A stretch of 64,000 bases of DNA from the human T2T-CHM13v2.0 reference genome, Homo sapiens, in the NCBI RefSeq assembly GCF_009914755.1, contig NC_060937.1. One strand, 5' to 3'. Positions 58,073 to 64,000 of the stretch are shown in pieces (within the stretch, counting starts at the first letter, position 1; every line of letters starts with the position of its first letter). A program made the position numbers and the translations under genes. The notes beneath the pieces are model-generated. The model saw only the letters and a program-made list of their open reading frames with translations, made no database searches and had not been told where the DNA came from.

Positions 58073-60933
58073 GTCCATTTCTTTATTTTTAACCACTCAA
58101 CATCACTTAAGTATACAGCATATACTTGGATCTTACTTTCTCAGGAAAACTGAAAAAAATAATTAATGGATGAGTTAAGCTCATTTACATTATCAATGTG
58201 ACTGGTAATTCATCACAACCCTGTCAAAATATCATAAAATTATGTAGATTGTGTTACATTTGCTATGTTTTTTTTTAGGAAGTAAATATTCCTGTTCTTT
58301 AAATTATAAAAAAAAAAATTGGGGTATTTAAGAAAGTTTATATTTTTGTTCTACTAAACACCTTTGTACTTACAACTTTTTAAATGTCCCTAATTCCCTT
58401 TTTTTCTTATTACACCACTTACTATCTGGTTTTTCAGTTTTTAATTCATATATAATAGTTGCACATATTTACAGGACACATTTAACATTTTGCTATATGC
58501 ATACAATGTGTAATGATCAAATCTGGGTAACTGAGATGTCCACCACCTCAATCATTTATCATTTCTTTGGGTTGAGAACATTCCACATCTTCTCTTCTAG
58601 TACTTTTGAAATATACAATAACATATTGTTAACTGTAATCACCCTACCGTGCTGCCAAATGCTAGAACTTATTCCTTCTATCTAACTGTATTTTTGTTCC
58701 CATTAACCAATCTCTCTCTATTTCCTTCTCCCCTTTTACCTTCCCAGCCTCTGGTAACCACCATTGCACTCTCTACCTCCATGAGATCATTTTTTTTAGC
58801 TCCAACATATGAGTGAGAGCATGTGATATTAGGCTCTCTGTGCCTTTCACTTGACCTAATGTCCTTCAGTTCCACCTGTGTTGCTGCAATTGACAGGATT
58901 TTGGTTTTTTATGACTGAATAGTATTCCATTAGTATTCCATGTGTATGTGTGCCATATTTTCTTTATTCGTTTATCCACTGATGGACACTTACGTTGATA
59001 CCACGTTTGGTCTATTGTAAATAGAACTGCAATGGCCATGGGAGTGTAGAGATTTCTTTGATGTACTGATTTGCTTTCTTTTAGACATATACCCATCACA
59101 TCAGTGGGCTTCCTAGATCATATGGTAGTTCTGTTTTTAGTTGTTGTTTGAGGAACCTCTATACTGTTTTCCATAGTGGCTGAACTAGTTTACACTCCCA
59201 CCAACAATGTACAAGGATTCCCCCTTTTTCCCCATCCTTGCCAGCATCTGACATTTCCTGTGTTTTTGAAAAGTTATTTTAACTGGGATGAGATGATATC
59301 TCATTGTGGTTTTGATTTGCATTTCCCTGGTGATTAATGCTTTTCACATACCTGTTGGCCACTTGTATGGCTTCTTTTGAGAATGTCAGTTCAGATCTTT
59401 TGCCCATTTTTAAATTAGTTTTTTTGTTTTTTGTTTTTTGTTTTGCTACAGAGTTGTTTGAGTTCCTTATATATTCTGATATTCTGGTAATTGATTTCTT
59501 GTCAGATGGATAGTTTGCAAATATTTTCTCCCATTCTTTGTCTCTTCACCTTATTGATTGTTTCATTAGTTGTGTAGGAGCTTTTTAGCTTGATATAATC
59601 CTAATTGTCTATTTTTGCTTTTGTTGCCTGTGCTTTTAAGGTCTTACTCAAAAAATATTTGCCCAGACAGATGTTCTAAAGTGTTTTTCTAATGTTTACT
59701 TCTAATGTTTTCATAGTTTCAGGTCTTACATTTAAGTCTTTAACCCATTTTGAGTTGATTTTTGTATATGGGTGAGAGATAGGGGTCAAGTTTCATTCTT
59801 CTGCATATGAATGTCCAGTTTTCCCAGAACCATTTATAAAGGAGACTATCCTTTTTCAAATGTATGTTCTTAGTGCCTTTGTTGAAAATGAATTGGCTGT
59901 AAATGCATAGATTTATTTCTAGATTCCCTATTCTGTCTCCTTGGTCTATGTGTTGGTTTTCAGTGTATTTATTACAGATTTTTGCTTTGTGGTTACCAGG
60001 AAACCTAAAAAACACATCCTATAACAAGTTATTTTAAACTGATAACAAATTAACTTTGATCACAAAGAAAAGAAAATAAACAAGCAAAGAACAAACTAAA
60101 AATCCCTACACTTTAACTCATTTCCTCCTGCATTTTCACGTTTTGTTGCCTCAATTTGTCTTTTTATATTGCCTATCTCTTTAAAATTATTATTTTTTAA
60201 TAGATTTGCCTTTTCATCTTTATACTAAAGATATGAGTGGTTTGCACACCACAATTGCAGTGTTAGAGTGCTCTGAATTTTCCTGTCTGCTGACTTTTAC
60301 CATTGAGTTTCATACCTTCAGATAATTGCTTGTTGCACATTAGCACCCTTTTCTTTCAGATTGAAGACTTCTTTTCAGCCTTTCTTGTAAGACAGGTCTG
60401 GTGGATGTGAATTCTCTCGGCTTTTGTTTGTCTGGGAAAGTATTTCTTTTTCAGGTTTGAAGGATAGCTTTGCTGAGTAGAGCATTCTTGGTTGGAAGAG
60501 TTGTTTTTTTTTTTCCTTTAGCACTTTAAATATGTCATCCAACTCCCTCCTGGCCTATAAAGTTTCCACTGAGAAGTCTGCTGCCAGATGTATCAGAGCT
60601 TCTTTAGATATTATTTGATTATTTTATCTTGCTTCTTTTATAATCCTTTCTTTGTCCTTTACATTTGAGAGCTTGATTATTCGATAAATTGGGGTAGTTT
60701 TACTTGGGTTGAATATTCCTGGTGATCTTTGATCTTCTTGTACCTCAGTATTCCTATATTTCTCTAGGTTTGGAAAGGTCTCTGTAATTACTTCTTTGAA
60801 TAAACTTTCTACTCCTATATTTTTCTCTACTCCTTAAGGCCATGACTCCATAGATTTGCCCTTTCTTGATTTCATAAGTGTTCTGCATTGCTTTTTATTT
60901 TCCCCTCTGACTGTATATTTTTAAATGGCCTAA

Positions 60934-61347
60934 GTATTAGTCCCTTTTGTGTTGCCATAATGGGATACCTGAGGCTGGGTAATTTATAAAGAAAAGAGGT
61001 TTATTTGGCTCACAGTTATGCAGGCTGTACAGGAAGCATGGTGCCAGCATCTGCCTCTGGTTGGGGCCTCAGGGAACTTTTCCTCATGGCAGAAGGCAAG
61101 GGGAACCAGTGTGTTGTGTGATCAGAGAGGGAGCAAGAGGGAGTGATGGGAGGAGTTCCATGCTCTTGAACAACCAGCTCCTGTGTGAACCAAAAGATCA
61201 AGAACTCATTACTGAGGGGAAGGCACCAAGCTGTTTATGAGGGATCCACCCTCATGACCCAAACACCTCCCAGAAGGCCCCACGTCCAACACTGGGGATC
61301 ACATTTCAACATGAGATTTGGAAGGGACAAACATTCAAACTATATCA
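60934..61347 (-). mobile_element. MaLR solo LTR (MSTB-like)
   Basis: gtattagtcccttttgtgttgcc...acattcaaactatatca, flanked by gcct on both sides. Confidence 0.85.
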
Positions 61348-61507
61348 GCCTGTATTCAAGCCTGATTCTCCTGCCTGATCAATTCTGCTGTTGAGACACT
61401 CTGATTAATTTTTCAGTTTTTAATTATGTTTTTCAGCCCCAGGATTTATTATTGTTATTATTGTTATTATTTCAATCTTTCATTAAATTAATCTGATAAG
61501 TTTCTGA

Positions 61508-61859
<352 letters not shown>

Positions 61860-63309
61860 TGAAGTTTTCCTCAAAATAGCTATATTTTTGTAGAATTCTC
61901 AGTCTTAAAGTCACACATCTTCGTATCTCTAGGGTTGGCTAATGGTGCCTTATTTCATCTATTTGACGGAGTCATATTTTTCTGAATGTTCTTAATGCTT
62001 CTGAATGTTCACTGGTGCCTGGGCATTGAAAGTTAGATATTTATTCCAGTCATCACATGGGCTTTGTTTCTACCCATCCTTCAGAGGACCTTTCATTGAT
62101 TCAAAGGAGACTGACTGACTGTTGAGTTCCCTAAGCCTGTGGTCACTGCAGCCACTTTTGCACTACAGAGCATCCTAAGTCCAGTTACACTGCAAATCTC
62201 TTGCAACCTCCTAGATACCCAGCTCTGATGCAGTTGGGGAAAATCAGGGAGAATCCTCTGGGCTCCCAAAGTCCCTCACTCACTTCCCTCTGTTTCCCCA
62301 TAGCAGACGGAATCTCTCTCCACACTGAGCTGCCTGGAGTTGGAAGAGGAGTGATACCGGCACTCTCATGGCCGCCACAGCTGGCACCAATGCTGGGTCT
62401 CACCCAAAGTCCCACAGCTGCCCAGACAAGCACAGTACCAGAGCTCATCCAAGGTCTGCAGCTGCTACTGCCTAACTGCCATTGATGTTTATTCGAGGCT
62501 CACGGTCACTTTAGTCAGCCAGTGGTGAAGCCAGCCAGGACTCAGGACCATCATACCAAGCTGGTATTATGGTCTTCCAGCCTGGGGTCGGCCTAGAAAT
62601 GTTGTCTGGAAGTAATAGCCTGGAATCAGGAGCTTCAGGGTTCTTCCCAGTGTGGTTTTGCTGTGGCAGGGTTTGTGCTAGGTTCCAATGCAAAGGCCCC
62701 TGTACTCTTTTCTCTCCTTCTCCCCAGAAGGAGTCTCACTCTAAGCTACAGTGCCTGGAGTTGAGAGAGTTGTGATGTGGGCACTTCTATGGCCCCTGCA
62801 TCTGGTGTTAAATTGGGTTGCATCCCAAGCCTTCTGCCTCCCAGACCAGTGCAGCACCACAGGGTTCACCCAAGGACTGTGGTCACTATAGCCCTGCTGA
62901 CACTGAAATTTATTTGGGACCTATGGCCACTTTAGGTAATCAGCAGTGAAGCAGGGCAGGACTCAGGTTCATCCTGCAGGGCAGCGATTCTCCTCTGGCC
63001 TGGGGTGGGTCTAAATGCTCCCTCTGTGGGCACTGGCCTGGAATCAAGGACCACGGAATTCTGCCAGGTGCTGTGTTCCACTGTGGTGAGGCCAGCATTG
63101 AGCTCCAATGCAAGGTCCCACACTCACTTCCCTCCCTCTCTGAAGCACACAGATTCTCTCTCTGCACTGTGCTGCTTGGTGTTGGGGCAGGGTGGTGTAG
63201 GCAATACTACACTGTCCTTCCTACCTTCTTCAATGTGTCTTTTCCTGTTATTATGCTAAAACTAGGTACTATGATCACTCATCTGATTTTCCAGTTCTTG
63301 TGAAGGTGA

Positions 63310-63777
<468 letters not shown>

Positions 63778-63937
63778 TAGGCATCAACATCAATGAGTTT
63801 CTATTTTCCTCTTCATCTCCCTTATCACCTCCCATAGTTTAGTTTTATCACCTCTATTTTGTCAATACATATAGCATTTGCATATTAGTTTTCCAGTCTC
63901 ACCTATGTTTCAGTCATTTACATATATGATTATGAGT

Positions 63938-63938
<1 letters not shown>

Positions 63939-63966
<28 letters not shown>
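63939..63966. repeat. (GT)n microsatellite
   Basis: Direct reading. Confidence 0.95.
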
Positions 63967-63968
<2 letters not shown>

Positions 63969-64000
63969 CCACCTTCACCATCACTGTTCTTGTTGAAGTT

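Overview
Primate (most likely human, 13q34) genomic DNA, not prokaryotic. The only supportable protein-coding gene is SPACA7 (sperm acrosome-associated 7, C13orf28) on the + strand. Five coding exons lie at 23554-23647, 40156-40212, 45184-45273, 46201-46308 and 48204-48299. All have GT-AG boundaries and splice in frame to [148 protein letters not shown]...; no stop is reached, so the gene continues past the window. Most of the rest is transposon-derived: Alus, L1s of several ages, MaLR LTRs, a two-LTR LTR8/HUERS-P1 provirus nested in an older ERV, DNA transposon fossils and simple repeats. Repeat subfamily names come from my recall of consensus sequences, not from a search. I found no convincing new multi-gene system. 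The most unusual structures are: (1) two independent composite templated insertions in SPACA7 introns, each made of one direct and one inverted copy of neighbouring DNA; (2) exons 4 and 5 arising by exon duplication; (3) a 65-bp promoter duplication that doubles a CRE-like site; (4) an unidentified mRNA-like retrocopy inside an L1.
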